Shown here one piece after another: positions 9,041 through 18,916 of a stretch of DNA of 54,971 bases. This stretch comes from Clostridia bacterium. GTDB lineage: Bacteria; Bacillota; Clostridia; Oscillospirales; Acutalibacteraceae. How positions within the stretch are numbered: the stretch's first letter is position 1; each line of letters starts with the position of its first letter. Under the pieces are notes generated by a model that was given only the letters and a program-made list of their open reading frames with translations, was not told the origin of the DNA and did not search any database. Position numbers and translations under genes: made by a program. The DNA is taken from NCBI GenBank assembly GCA_017554125.1, contig JAFZIW010000138.1, positions 1-54,971 of the forward strand. Reading direction: 5' to 3'.

Positions 9041-9322
9041 ATGACCGGTAAGTATGAGGCGGCACTTGTGTTTTCCGTAGCGGGCGGCGATGAAGCCGTA
9101 GCGGCGCTCAACACCAAGTTTAACGACCTTATAGCCAAGCATGGCACGGTCCTTGGCGTTGATGATTGGGGCAAGCGCAAGCTCGCCTATCTTATCAACG
9201 ACGAGGCTGAGGGCTATTATGTTTTCATAACGTTTGAAAGCGGCCCTGAGTTCCCGGCGGAACTTGAAAGAATCGCGGGAATTACCGAAGGCGTGCTTCG
9301 TGTTATGGTAATCAAGAAGTGA
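9041..9322 (+). CDS. rpsF: 30S ribosomal protein S6
   Basis: 93 aa, YE..LVF...GDEAV...WGKRKLAY.I, in the conserved S6-SSB-S18 order. Confidence 0.95.
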   Translation: MTGKYEAALVFSVAGGDEAVAALNTKFNDLIAKHGTVLGVDDWGKRKLAYLINDEAEGYYVFITFESGPEFPAELERIAGITEGVLRVMVIKK

Positions 9323-9335
9323 CGGAGGAATTTTG

Positions 9336-9761
9336 ATGTTTAATTTAGTAGTCTTGACCGGCAGGCTTACCGCCGACCCGGAACTTAAAACGACGAATAC
9401 GGGTATATCCGTGACCTCGTTTTCCATCGCTGTAAATCGCCGCTATCGCGCAGGCGAGGAAACGCAGACAGATTTCATCAACATCGTTGCATGGAGACAG
9501 ACTGCGGAATTCATCACAAAGTACTTCAAAAAGGGCAATATGATAGGCATCGAGGGTTCTATTCAGACCCGTAAGTATGTCGATAAAAACGGCAATAACC
9601 GCACGGTTTTCGAGGTTGTTGCGAGCAATGCCCAGTTTGTTGAATCCAAAAAAGACAGTGCGCCGTCCGCCGGCGGTGAAGACGCGGCTTCGTTCAGCAA
9701 TGCCGACAGCAGCGATTTCACCGAGATTGATACCGGAATGGATGACGACATACCATTCTAA
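9336..9761 (+). CDS. ssb: Single-stranded DNA-binding protein
   Basis: OB fold (MFNLVVLTGRLTADPELK...) and an acidic C-terminal tip DDDIPF. The ATG at 9336 is preferred over the adjacent TTG at 9333. Confidence 0.93.
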   Translation: MFNLVVLTGRLTADPELKTTNTGISVTSFSIAVNRRYRAGEETQTDFINIVAWRQTAEFITKYFKKGNMIGIEGSIQTRKYVDKNGNNRTVFEVVASNAQFVESKKDSAPSAGGEDAASFSNADSSDFTEIDTGMDDDIPF

Positions 9762-9779
9762 TGAGAGGAGTTTTCCAAA

Positions 9780-10019
9780 GTGGAGAAAACCGATAGACCG
9801 GTTCACAGAAAGGCAAGAAAGAAAGTTTGCCATTTCTGCGTTGACCGTGTAGAGGAAATTGACTATAAGGATATAGCGAAGCTTCGCAAGTTTGTCTCTG
9901 AGCGCGCCAAAATTTTGCCGCGCAGAGCGACCGGCACCTGCGCAAAGCATCAGCGCGCGCTTACAACTGCGATTAAACGCGCTCGCCAGGTTGCGCTTCT
10001 TCCTTATGTTAACGACTGA
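9780..10019 (+). CDS. rpsR: 30S ribosomal protein S18
   Basis: 79 aa, KVCHFC....IDYKD...[19 protein letters not shown]; GTG start. Confidence 0.93.
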   Translation: MEKTDRPVHRKARKKVCHFCVDRVEEIDYKDIAKLRKFVSERAKILPRRATGTCAKHQRALTTAIKRARQVALLPYVND

Positions 10020-10033
10020 TTAAAAAAAGATTT

Positions 10034-10063
10034 TCCGCGGGCTTTACGCCCGCGGATTTTTTT
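10034..10063 (+). terminator. Intrinsic terminator of the rpsF operon
   Basis: tccgcgggc (10034-10042) / gcccgcgga (10048-10056), followed by T7. Confidence 0.85.
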
Positions 10064-10122
10064 ATCCCTGCGTATTTTGGTATCATGAAATCATGATATC
10101 GGGTTTTTCCAATATAAAACTG

Positions 10123-10151
10123 TTGAAATCTTCTATATATAGTGCTATAAT
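10123..10151 (+). promoter_or_regulatory. Consensus-like promoter upstream of recJ
   Basis: TTGAAA (10123-10128), 17 nt, TATAAT (10146-10151). It lies inside the 5' part of the long track ORF. Confidence 0.55.
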
Positions 10152-10164
10152 AAAATGTAATACT

Positions 10165-12204
10165 ATGTATAGAGGGGGGATCGTTACGGCTTTTAAGAAA
10201 TGGGAGATAGGCACGGCGGATAAAGAAGCGGCAAAAATGCTTGCCGAGGATGTAGGCGCGGACCCGTTTGCGGCAATGATCGCGGTAAGCCGCGGAATAT
10301 GCGACCCCTTAGAGTTTGAACTTATGCTGTCAAACGAGCCGGTACTCTGCGAACCGAGGGAGCTTGCCGATATCGGCGCGGCGGCGGAGTTTCTGAACGC
10401 CGCTGTTTCGGAAAACAAGAAAATCTGCGTTTTCGGCGATTATGACTGCGACGGCGTGACCGCCACCGCCATAATGACCGATTACCTTGAAAGCAGGGGC
10501 GCCGACGCGGTCCCCTATATTCCCGACAGAATAGACGAGGGCTACGGCATGAGCAAAGAGGCGGTGGAAAAGCTCTCGCATGACGGGATAAACGTCATAG
10601 TCACCGTGGATAACGGCATTTCCTGCGCCGAAGAAATAGAATACGCGAAAACGCTCGGCATTGACGTGGTTGTGACCGACCACCATCTGCCGCCTGAAAA
10701 ATTGCCAGAAGCGGTGGCGGTCGTCGACCCCCACAGAGCGGACTGCCGCTCGGCGTTTAAGGAGGTCTGCGGCGCGCAGGTCGCTTTCAAGCTTATCTGC
10801 GTTATGGATGATAAAGAGCCGGAGCAAATGCTTTACCGCTACGCCGATTTACTTACGGTCGCACTGATCGGTGACGTAATGCCGCTCATAAACGAAAACC
10901 GCTCGATAGTAAAATGCGGTCTTGGTATGATGAAAAGCAGACCGCGTACCGGTATATCCGCTCTGATCAACAGCGCCGGAATTGAGAGAGAATCGCTTAA
11001 CGCCGGCAAAATATCGTTCGGTATTGTACCGCGAATAAATACCGCCGGAAGAATGGGAAGCGCCACCCGCGCGCTCGAACTGTTAAAGAGCGACGATATG
11101 ATGAGCGCGCTTCGCATTGCCGGTGAACTTGAAAAAGAGAACGCGTTGCGCCAGAAGACCGAAAAGGATATTATGGACGAGGCGGTTTTGAAAATCGAGC
11201 AAAACAAATACCAATATAACCGCGTTATCGTGGTGGACGGCGTCGGATGGCACATGGGCGTCGTGGGTATTGTGGCGTCGCGTATCTGTGAGAAGTATGC
11301 AAAACCGGCTATTGTTTTATCGGTTGACGGCGATATGGCGCACGGCTCGGGCAGAAGCTACGACGGTTTCGCGCTTTTTGACGCGATAAACGCCTGCCGC
11401 GACACTCTCGAAAAATACGGCGGTCACGCGCTTGCCGCGGGCGTCAGCGTTAAGCGTGAGAGAATAGATGAATTCAGAAAGCGTATAAACGAATACGCGC
11501 TCAAACTGCCTTACATACCGCCCACGCTGAAGCTCGACCTTAAAATCAACCCCGCCGCCATGAGTATTGACATGGCGTATTCCGTAAAAACTCTCGAGCC
11601 GTTCGGCTTCGGCAACCCCGCGCCGCAGTTTGCTCTGCTCGGCGTAACGCTCGAGCGTATAACCGAGCTTTCAGGCGGTAAACATCTTAAACTTATGTTC
11701 AGAAAGGGTGAAACGTCGTTTCAGGCTTTGCTTTTCTCGGTGAGCCTTGATAAATTCTGTTTTAACGTAGGCGACCTGTGCGACGTTGCCGTTATGTTTG
11801 ATATCAACTATTTTAAGAACAATTATACCCTTTCGATTCTGGTAAAGGCGATTAAGCTTTCCGGCGATTATCCGGCTGATTTATTTGACCGGATATCGGC
11901 GTACGATGATTTTATTTCCGGCTATGCTGTAAACAGCGAATTGCTTTTGCCTTCGCGCGAGGAAATTGCCGCGGTGTACAGGGCTACCATGGGGGCGCCG
12001 GTATCGGAAAAACGCCTCGAATACATTTTTATTGAAAATCCGGGTTATGCTAAAACGAAGACGGCGCTTAAAATTCTTGAGGAGCTCGGACTGATAGTCT
12101 TTGACGGCGAAAAATATACGCAAAAGAAAGTAAACGAAAAAACGGATTTGATGAATTCATCGGTTTACCGATTACTGAAAGGCGGTGACAGCGTTGACCG
12201 ATAA
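10165..12204 (+). CDS. recJ: Single-stranded-DNA-specific exonuclease RecJ
   Basis: DHH motifs (VFGDYDCDGVTATAI, VTVDNG, VVTDHH) and DHHA1 (GGHALAAG). The start is uncertain: ATG 10165 is the first start downstream of the promoter, while the track ORF starts at 10093. Confidence 0.85.
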   Translation: MYRGGIVTAFKKWEIGTADKEAAKMLAEDVGADPFAAMIAVSRGICDPLEFELMLSNEPVLCEPRELADIGAAAEFLNAAVSENKKICVFGDYDCDGVTATAIMTDYLESRGADAVPYIPDRIDEGYGMSKEAVEKLSHDGINVIVTVDNGISCAEEIEYAKTLGIDVVVTDHHLPPEKLPEAVAVVDPHRADCRSAFKEVCGAQVAFKLICVMDDKEPEQMLYRYADLLTVALIGDVMPLINENRSIVKCGLGMMKSRPRTGISALINSAGIERESLNAGKISFGIVPRINTAGRMGSATRALELLKSDDMMSALRIAGELEKENALRQKTEKDIMDEAVLKIEQNKYQYNRVIVVDGVGWHMGVVGIVASRICEKYAKPAIVLSVDGDMAHGSGRSYDGFALFDAINACRDTLEKYGGHALAAGVSVKRERIDEFRKRINEYALKLPYIPPTLKLDLKINPAAMSIDMAYSVKTLEPFGFGNPAPQFALLGVTLERITELSGGKHLKLMFRKGETSFQALLFSVSLDKFCFNVGDLCDVAVMFDINYFKNNYTLSILVKAIKLSGDYPADLFDRISAYDDFISGYAVNSELLLPSREEIAAVYRATMGAPVSEKRLEYIFIENPGYAKTKTALKILEELGLIVFDGEKYTQKKVNEKTDLMNSSVYRLLKGGDSVDR

Positions 12205-14380
12205 ACAGTTGGCTGATTATGAAGAACTGAAAGAATGTATAAGGGCGCAGGGCGGCAGTTATGACGAGGACCTTATAAAACGTGCCTTTGAGTATTGCGT
12301 TACGATGCACTCCGGTCAGAAGCGCTGGACCAATGAGGAATACTATATTCATCCGCTTTCGGTGGCAAAAATAATAATCTCTATGGGAATGGACAGTCAG
12401 TCGGTAGCCGCCTGTCTGCTACACGACGTTGTTGAAGATACCAAAGCGACGAAAAAGGATATTAAAGAAATGTTCGGCGCGGAGGTCGCGCTGCTTGTGG
12501 ACGGCGTCACGAAAATCGGCAAGATATCCATAAACTCAAAGGAACAGCAGCAGGCGGAAAGTCTCCGTAAAATGCTCATAGCCATGGGTAAGGATATCAG
12601 AGTAATAATAATAAAGCTTGCCGACCGTCTTCACAATATGCGTACGCTCGACGCGATACCCGAAACGAAACAGCGCGAAAAATCGCTTGAAACGCTCGAA
12701 ATATACGCGCCGATAGCGCACCGTCTCGGTATCCGCTGGGTAAAAGAGGAACTCGAGGATTTGGCGATAAAGCACCTTGACCCCGTGGCGTATTCGGAAA
12801 TCGAGGAATCGCTCATTGTGCGTAAGGCACAAAGAGAGAGCATATTAAACGATATTAAAAACCGTATAGAAGAACGCCTTAAAGCGGATATGCCGGGCGT
12901 AAGTATGCAGTTTCAGGGCAGAGTAAAATCGGTTTACGGCATATACAGGAAAATGTATCTTCAAAGCCGCAGTTTCGACGAGATATACGATATCTACGCG
13001 ATAAGGATAATAACCGATACGGTAAACGACTGTTATAACATTCTCGGTATTATGCACGATATGTTCAGACCGATACCGAACCGCTTCAAGGATTATATTT
13101 CCACTCCGAAGCCCAATATGTATCAGTCGCTTCATACGACGGTTATAAGCCGCGAGGGCGTTCCGTTTGAAATTCAGATAAGGACCGCCGAAATGCACCA
13201 CACCGCCGAATACGGTATCGCGGCGCACTGGAAATATAAAGAGGGTATAGACGAGAACGATAAATCGCTTGAAAACCGTCTTGCCTGGATACGGCAGATT
13301 CTCGAATCTTCCGAGGCTTCGGGCGACACTTCCGAGCTTGTAAGAAGTATAAAAGTCGACCTTTCGCAGGAGGACGTGTTTGCCGTTACTCCGCGCGGCG
13401 ACGTCATAAATCTTCCGGTCGGTTCCACGGTCGTCGACTTTGCGTTTGCAATACACTCGGCGGTCGGCGTTAAGATGATAGGCGCTAAAGCCGACGGTAA
13501 AATCGTACCCATAAACCATGAGATAAAGACAGGCGAGGTCATCGAGATACTGACGACTAATCAGCCCGGTCACGGACCGAGCAGGGACTGGATGAATATC
13601 GCGGTCACCAACTCTGCAAAGTCGAAAATACGCTCATGGTTCAAGAAAGAAAAACGCGAGGAGAATATCGAAACAGGCAGAAGCGAACTTGAAAAGGAAC
13701 TTCGCCGCAGCGGGATAAATCTTACCGATAAGGAATTTGAAGAGATTACCGCCGACCTCGCGAAAAGAATGCATTATTCCGAAACCGATGAATTTTTCTC
13801 GGCAATAGGCTACGGCGGAATACTGATTTCAAAAATCATTCCGCGTATCAGGGAAGATTACAGTAAGCGGCAGAGCGTGAGCGTACCCGAGATGACCGAT
13901 ATAGCGCCCAAGTCCGCCGCTTCACCCGAGGGCGTAATAGTTGACGGTATAGATAACTGTCTTATCCGTCTGTCGCGGTGCTGTTCGCCGCTTCCCGGTG
14001 ATGAGATAATCGGCTTTATAACCCGCGGACACGGCGTTTCCATTCACAAGCGCGACTGCAACAACGTGCCTGATGATATTTCCCGTTCCGCCGAGCCCGA
14101 GCGCTGGATAGCGGCGCATTGGGATTCCGGCAAGCGCGAGCACTTTATATCCACCGTTCGTATATTCTCGGTTGACCGCGACGGTCTGCTCGCCGATATT
14201 ATGTCGGTCGCTTATAATATGCGTCTCGCCGTTCACGCGATGAACGCTCATCAGACCGGCGGAGGTAACTGCGTTATCTCAATAACTATCAATACCGAAA
14301 GCGTCGAACACCTGCGGAGCATTATTTCTCAGATAGAAAAAATAAGCGGCGTTTACGGCGTGGAAAGAGTGGTAAAATGA
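12185..14380 (+). CDS. relA: Bifunctional (p)ppGpp synthetase/hydrolase RelA/SpoT family
   Basis: HD domain (HPLSVA..LHDVVEDT), RelA_SpoT synthetase region (YRSLHTTV-like: YQSLHTTVI), and TGS and ACT C-terminal domains. GTG 12185 or TTG 12194 could be the start; the gene overlaps the recJ end. Confidence 0.92.
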   Translation: MTALTDKQLADYEELKECIRAQGGSYDEDLIKRAFEYCVTMHSGQKRWTNEEYYIHPLSVAKIIISMGMDSQSVAACLLHDVVEDTKATKKDIKEMFGAEVALLVDGVTKIGKISINSKEQQQAESLRKMLIAMGKDIRVIIIKLADRLHNMRTLDAIPETKQREKSLETLEIYAPIAHRLGIRWVKEELEDLAIKHLDPVAYSEIEESLIVRKAQRESILNDIKNRIEERLKADMPGVSMQFQGRVKSVYGIYRKMYLQSRSFDEIYDIYAIRIITDTVNDCYNILGIMHDMFRPIPNRFKDYISTPKPNMYQSLHTTVISREGVPFEIQIRTAEMHHTAEYGIAAHWKYKEGIDENDKSLENRLAWIRQILESSEASGDTSELVRSIKVDLSQEDVFAVTPRGDVINLPVGSTVVDFAFAIHSAVGVKMIGAKADGKIVPINHEIKTGEVIEILTTNQPGHGPSRDWMNIAVTNSAKSKIRSWFKKEKREENIETGRSELEKELRRSGINLTDKEFEEITADLAKRMHYSETDEFFSAIGYGGILISKIIPRIREDYSKRQSVSVPEMTDIAPKSAASPEGVIVDGIDNCLIRLSRCCSPLPGDEIIGFITRGHGVSIHKRDCNNVPDDISRSAEPERWIAAHWDSGKREHFISTVRIFSVDRDGLLADIMSVAYNMRLAVHAMNAHQTGGGNCVISITINTESVEHLRSIISQIEKISGVYGVERVVK

Positions 14381-14829
14381 AGGCGCTTGTTCAAAGGGTA
14401 CTCACCGCCTCGGTCAGTATCGACGGCAAAATTACGGGCAGCTGTCAAAAAGGCTATATGATACTTTTCTGCGCCGTGGAGGGCGACAGCGAGGATGATA
14501 TAAAGCTTCTCGCCCGAAAGACCGTAAATCTGCGCGTTTTAGAGGATGAAAATGGCAAAATGAATCTTTCGATTCTCGAAACCGGCGGCGAGGTGCTTTG
14601 CATATCACAGTTCACCCTCGCGGCGGATACGCGAAAGGGCAACCGCCCCTCGTTTATAAAAGCAATGGAGCCGACCGTCGCTTCAAGGTATTATGACAGC
14701 TATTGCGACGAACTTAAAAATCTCGGCGTAAAAAGTGTGGAAAAGGGAGTCTTCGGTGCCGATATGAAAGTATCGCTTATAAACGACGGACCGGTCACGG
14801 TCATGCTCGACACCGACGTCTGGAAATGA
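14377..14829 (+). CDS. dtd: D-aminoacyl-tRNA deacylase
   Basis: 150 aa, MKALVQRV...SQFTL.ADT.KG.RPSF...; ATGA overlap with relA. Confidence 0.92.
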   Translation: MKALVQRVLTASVSIDGKITGSCQKGYMILFCAVEGDSEDDIKLLARKTVNLRVLEDENGKMNLSILETGGEVLCISQFTLAADTRKGNRPSFIKAMEPTVASRYYDSYCDELKNLGVKSVEKGVFGADMKVSLINDGPVTVMLDTDVWK

Positions 14830-15452
14830 TTATGGAAATAAAACTTCTTGATTCGGGTTACTATATTGCGAGTTCAAACAGCTACGGCATATTGAGCGAC
14901 GGCGCCGCGGTGGTGGTGGACTGCGGCAGGTATAACGACAGTACGGCAAAGTTTTTGAACGATAACCGGGATAAGGCGAGGCTGATTTTGCTTACCCACG
15001 CTCACTTTGACCATATCGGCGGCGCGGAAAAGCTGCGCGAAAAAACCGGCGCGCCCATAGCGACCGGCAAAACCGAAGCGGCGCATATGTGCGACCCCGA
15101 GTATAATCTCTCGGAACGTTTAAGACATAAAATAGGTGTGTTCGAGCCTGATTACGTAATATCCGACGAGCAGACGGTGACCGTCGGCGACCTTAAAATC
15201 AAGGCGTATGAAACCCCGGGTCATACAAAGGGAAGTATGGTTTATCTTGTCGGCGACAGTTTGTTTTCGGGCGATACGCTCTTTAAGAACAGTATCGGGC
15301 GCACCGATTTGTTCAGCGGAAACGGTGACGAAATGCAGGCGTCGCTTGAACGCATTATGTGGCTTTTCGGGGATGATATAAAGGTGTACCCCGGTCATAA
15401 CGAAGCAACCACGATCGGCGAAGAGCGTATGAACAACCCCTATCTGAGGTAA
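14826..15452 (+). CDS. MBL-fold metallo-hydrolase
   Basis: THAHFDHIGG metal-binding motif plus a downstream GHT; ATGA overlap with dtd. Confidence 0.85.
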   Translation: MIMEIKLLDSGYYIASSNSYGILSDGAAVVVDCGRYNDSTAKFLNDNRDKARLILLTHAHFDHIGGAEKLREKTGAPIATGKTEAAHMCDPEYNLSERLRHKIGVFEPDYVISDEQTVTVGDLKIKAYETPGHTKGSMVYLVGDSLFSGDTLFKNSIGRTDLFSGNGDEMQASLERIMWLFGDDIKVYPGHNEATTIGEERMNNPYLR

Positions 15453-15455
15453 AAA

Positions 15456-16931
15456 ATGCAGCTTTGTAACGTAGGTCACGGGTTTGATTATGAAACCGAA
15501 AAGGTAGCGCGGATATTCCTGCCTTACGAAAAAATCAATATTATTCACGGGTATATGCCCGGCGACAATACCGCTTTATGCGCTCTCGAAAGAAAGGGTG
15601 AAACCCTTTATGCCCGCGCCGAGGTTTGCCTTGCGGGCAAAAAGGAGACTTTTACCGAGCGCGTCGCCGATACCGAAAACGGCAAGAAAAGCGAGCTTGC
15701 CGTGGCAAGATGCCTTTATAACTGCCTATCAGCCGTTACCGGATATAAAAGCAGTTGGGGAATACTTACCGGTATCCGTCCGGCTAAGCTGTTTTCCGCG
15801 CTTGCCGACAGCTCGGGCGTTACCGCGGCAAAGGATATATTCAAAAACGATTATCTCTGTGAAGCGGGTAAAACCGACCTGTGCTTAAAATGCGCCGAAA
15901 GCGAGAAGAAGATTACCGGGCTTAATACTCCCGCCTCGTTCAGCCTTTACGTTTCGGTGCCGTTTTGCCCGTCGAGGTGCTCATACTGCTCGTTTGTTTC
16001 GCACTCGGTGGAGCAGGCGAAGGGCATAATACCCGATTATTTGAGACTCTTGAAAAAGGAACTGATGTTCACCGGCGAAATCGCAAAAAGGCTTGGCTTG
16101 CGCCTTGAAACGGTCTATATAGGCGGCGGCACGCCGACGTCGGTTAAAGCCGAACAACTTAATGAACTGCTTTCCTCGGTAAGAGAAAACTTTGATTTTT
16201 CTTCGGTAAGAGAGTTTACGGTGGAAGCGGGCAGACCCGATACGGTAGACCGTGAAAAACTCGGCGTAATAAAGTCGGCGGGAGCTACGAGAATAAGCAT
16301 AAACCCGCAAAGTATGGATGACGCCGTGCTTAAAAACATAGGAAGACGTCATACGTCAAAGCAGATGACCGAGGCGTTTTATCTTGCCCGCGAAGCGGGA
16401 TTCGATAACATAAACACCGACCTTATAGCCGGGCTTGACGGCGACACGTTTGAAGGCTTCAAAGATTCCATAAAACGGATACTTGCGCTTTCTCCCGAAA
16501 GCGTTACGGTACATTCGCTCTCGGTCAAGCGAGCCTCAAACATTACCCGTCGCGGTGAAATGCCCGATGAATCGACAGGCTGTATAGCGGGGAAAATGGT
16601 CGATTTTGCCCGCGAGACGCTTCAAAAAAGCGGACTTTTGCCGTACTATATGTACAGACAGAGCAAAACCGTCGGAAATCTTGAAAACGTCGGCTATGCA
16701 AAGCCCGGATTCGAGGGACTTTACAACGTGTATATTATGGACGAAACGCATACGGTGCTTGCCTGCGGCGCGTCGGCGGTGACAAAGCTTAAAGAGCCGC
16801 GCGGCAATAACATTGAGCGAATATTCAACTTCAAATATCCGTATGAATATATTAACAGATTCAGTGAAATAATCTCCCGTAAAGAGGGAATTGAGGATTA
16901 TTATGGTAAATATCCTGTCTTTGATAAATGA
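15456..16931 (+). CDS. hemZ: Radical SAM protein, HemN/HemZ family (oxygen-independent coproporphyrinogen oxidase-like)
   Basis: CPSRCSYCSF radical-SAM CxxxCxxC motif, about 490 aa, and the usual relA-dtd-MBL-hemZ neighbourhood of Clostridia. Confidence 0.75.
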   Translation: MQLCNVGHGFDYETEKVARIFLPYEKINIIHGYMPGDNTALCALERKGETLYARAEVCLAGKKETFTERVADTENGKKSELAVARCLYNCLSAVTGYKSSWGILTGIRPAKLFSALADSSGVTAAKDIFKNDYLCEAGKTDLCLKCAESEKKITGLNTPASFSLYVSVPFCPSRCSYCSFVSHSVEQAKGIIPDYLRLLKKELMFTGEIAKRLGLRLETVYIGGGTPTSVKAEQLNELLSSVRENFDFSSVREFTVEAGRPDTVDREKLGVIKSAGATRISINPQSMDDAVLKNIGRRHTSKQMTEAFYLAREAGFDNINTDLIAGLDGDTFEGFKDSIKRILALSPESVTVHSLSVKRASNITRRGEMPDESTGCIAGKMVDFARETLQKSGLLPYYMYRQSKTVGNLENVGYAKPGFEGLYNVYIMDETHTVLACGASAVTKLKEPRGNNIERIFNFKYPYEYINRFSEIISRKEGIEDYYGKYPVFDK

Positions 16932-17826
16932 CGCCGCGAAAAGCGACCCCAAATCGTTCATAGCCGAATGTGAGACAAATTACAAAAATCAGGTGTCGGC
17001 GGCGGCTGAAAGAATAGCGGATAACGACGATATAAAGATAGTGGCGATAGCGGGACCGTCCGGCTCGGGTAAGACGACCACCGCGCATATACTTATGCGC
17101 GAGCTTGAAGCTCTCGGCGAAAAAACGGCGGTGGTGTCTCTCGATGATTTTTATCTGCCGTTTGAAAAAATGCCGATAGGCCCTGACGGCGAAAGAGATA
17201 TCGAATCGGTTTCGGCGCTGGATATCCCCCGCATAGAAAAGGCGTTCTCCGATATAGTAAACAACGGGCGGGCGTATCTTCCGAGATTTGATTTTTTAAC
17301 AAAATCAAGAATCGAAAACGCGAGCGAAATAAATATAGGTCATCGCGGAATCGCGATAGTCGAGGGACTTCACGCCATGAATCCGATGCTTACCGACGGC
17401 GTCGCCCGCAAAAACATACTTAAAATATATATAAGTGTTAATCTGCCGATTGAGAGCGAGGACGGTGAGCCGGTGCTTACAAGCCGTCAGTTAAGACTTG
17501 TAAGACGTATATTGCGCGATGAAAAATTCCGGGGCGCGAGCGCCGAGGAAACGCTTTATTTATGGAACAACGTAATCGGCGGCGAAAGCAAATATCTTTA
17601 CTGTTTTAAGAATACCGCGGATATTAAGCTTACAACGCTTCATGCTTTCGAGCCCTGCGTTTATAAGGATGAGTTCTGCAAAATGCGCGCCGGCGTCGGC
17701 GTAAACACGCCGTGTTACGAGTATTTTATTAAGACCGCAAACGCGCTTGAACTGTTTTGCGGTATAAGCAGTGATTTTGTGCCGGAAAATTCGCTCATAC
17801 GCGAGTTTATCGGACCTAAAAGATAA
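16903..17826 (+). CDS. Uridine kinase / phosphoribulokinase-family nucleoside kinase
   Basis: Walker A IAGPSGSGKTTTA. The ATG at 16903 follows GAGGA; the track start 16891 lacks an RBS. The gene overlaps the hemZ end. Confidence 0.65.
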   Translation: MVNILSLINDAAKSDPKSFIAECETNYKNQVSAAAERIADNDDIKIVAIAGPSGSGKTTTAHILMRELEALGEKTAVVSLDDFYLPFEKMPIGPDGERDIESVSALDIPRIEKAFSDIVNNGRAYLPRFDFLTKSRIENASEINIGHRGIAIVEGLHAMNPMLTDGVARKNILKIYISVNLPIESEDGEPVLTSRQLRLVRRILRDEKFRGASAEETLYLWNNVIGGESKYLYCFKNTADIKLTTLHAFEPCVYKDEFCKMRAGVGVNTPCYEYFIKTANALELFCGISSDFVPENSLIREFIGPKR

Positions 17827-17847
17827 ATAATTTCAGGAGGTATTATT

Positions 17848-18216
17848 ATGGAATTTTTTGACGGAGCCGTAAATAAGACGAAAGAGGTTTTTGAAACCGT
17901 TTCAATGAAAACGAGCGAGGTTATCGCGACCGAGAAGCAGAAATTTGAGATGAGTTCGCTCAAAGCCAAACGCGAAAAGGATTTCACCGCGCTCGGCAAG
18001 ATTTATTTTGATATCGTCAAGGACGATGAAAACGCTTCCGAAACCGTTAAAGTGAAGGTCGAGGATATCAAGGCGAAGTCCGCCGAGATAGAGCGCCTCT
18101 CAAAAGAGATTCAAAGCGCGAAAAATAAGCTTATATGCAAAAATTGCGGCGCGGGAATTGCAAAGAATTCGGTTTTCTGCAATATCTGCGGCGCAAAGGT
18201 CGGCGAAGAGGAATAA
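17848..18216 (+). CDS. Zinc-ribbon domain protein
   Basis: Coiled-coil-like N-terminal part and C-terminal CKNCG...CNICG. Strong RBS AGGAGG. Confidence 0.7.
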   Translation: MEFFDGAVNKTKEVFETVSMKTSEVIATEKQKFEMSSLKAKREKDFTALGKIYFDIVKDDENASETVKVKVEDIKAKSAEIERLSKEIQSAKNKLICKNCGAGIAKNSVFCNICGAKVGEEE

Positions 18217-18219
18217 ACC

Positions 18220-18915
18220 ATGCCTTTTTATAAAATAGGAATCGTTGTCGCGGACGAGAGCGAGTTTTACCCGTTTGTCGACATAATAGAGAAAAAAGAG
18301 AAGACCGATACGCCTTTTAAGGATGCCGTGAGATTTTTTATCGGCAAGACCGAGGTTACGGCGATTCTTTCGGGTATCGGCAAGGTAAACGCGGCGAGTG
18401 CCGCTATGTATCTTGTGTGTGCCGGTTGTGACGCGATACTGAATTTCGGGCTTTCGGGGGGTCTTGGCGGCGTTTACCGCGGACAGTTTGTATTGCCGGA
18501 AAAATTTATCGAGCACGATTTCGATCTTACGGTATTCGGGTACAAGCCGTGCGAAAAACCGGGACAGGCGTATGTTTACAGCGCCGATGAGGGTATAATC
18601 TCGGCGTTTGAGGCGGCGTCAAAGGCGGCAAGGTCTCGGATGGCGGTTTGCGGCGACCGTTTCATAAGCGATGAAGCGAGCCGCGATTATTTAATTGATA
18701 CCTTTTCCGCCTCGTCATGCGATATGGAAACCGCCGCGATAGCGAGCGTATGCCATATTACCGGAATACCCTTTGCCTGTGTGCGCCGTATATCGGACGA
18801 CGCGTCGGAAAACGCACAGGAGAGCTACGGCGAAATGAATGAGAATGAGGGCGCGACCCTGGGCAATGTATTTCTTAAATGCCTTAAATCGGTTTGCGCG
18901 GTAAGCGGGAGTTAA
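18220..18915 (+). CDS. PNP_UDP_1 family nucleosidase (MTA/SAH nucleosidase-like)
   Basis: 231 aa with Pfs-like features (GIGKVNAA..., SCDMETAAIA, a DME-type catalytic region). Confidence 0.6.
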   Translation: MPFYKIGIVVADESEFYPFVDIIEKKEKTDTPFKDAVRFFIGKTEVTAILSGIGKVNAASAAMYLVCAGCDAILNFGLSGGLGGVYRGQFVLPEKFIEHDFDLTVFGYKPCEKPGQAYVYSADEGIISAFEAASKAARSRMAVCGDRFISDEASRDYLIDTFSASSCDMETAAIASVCHITGIPFACVRRISDDASENAQESYGEMNENEGATLGNVFLKCLKSVCAVSGS

Positions 18916-18916
18916 T

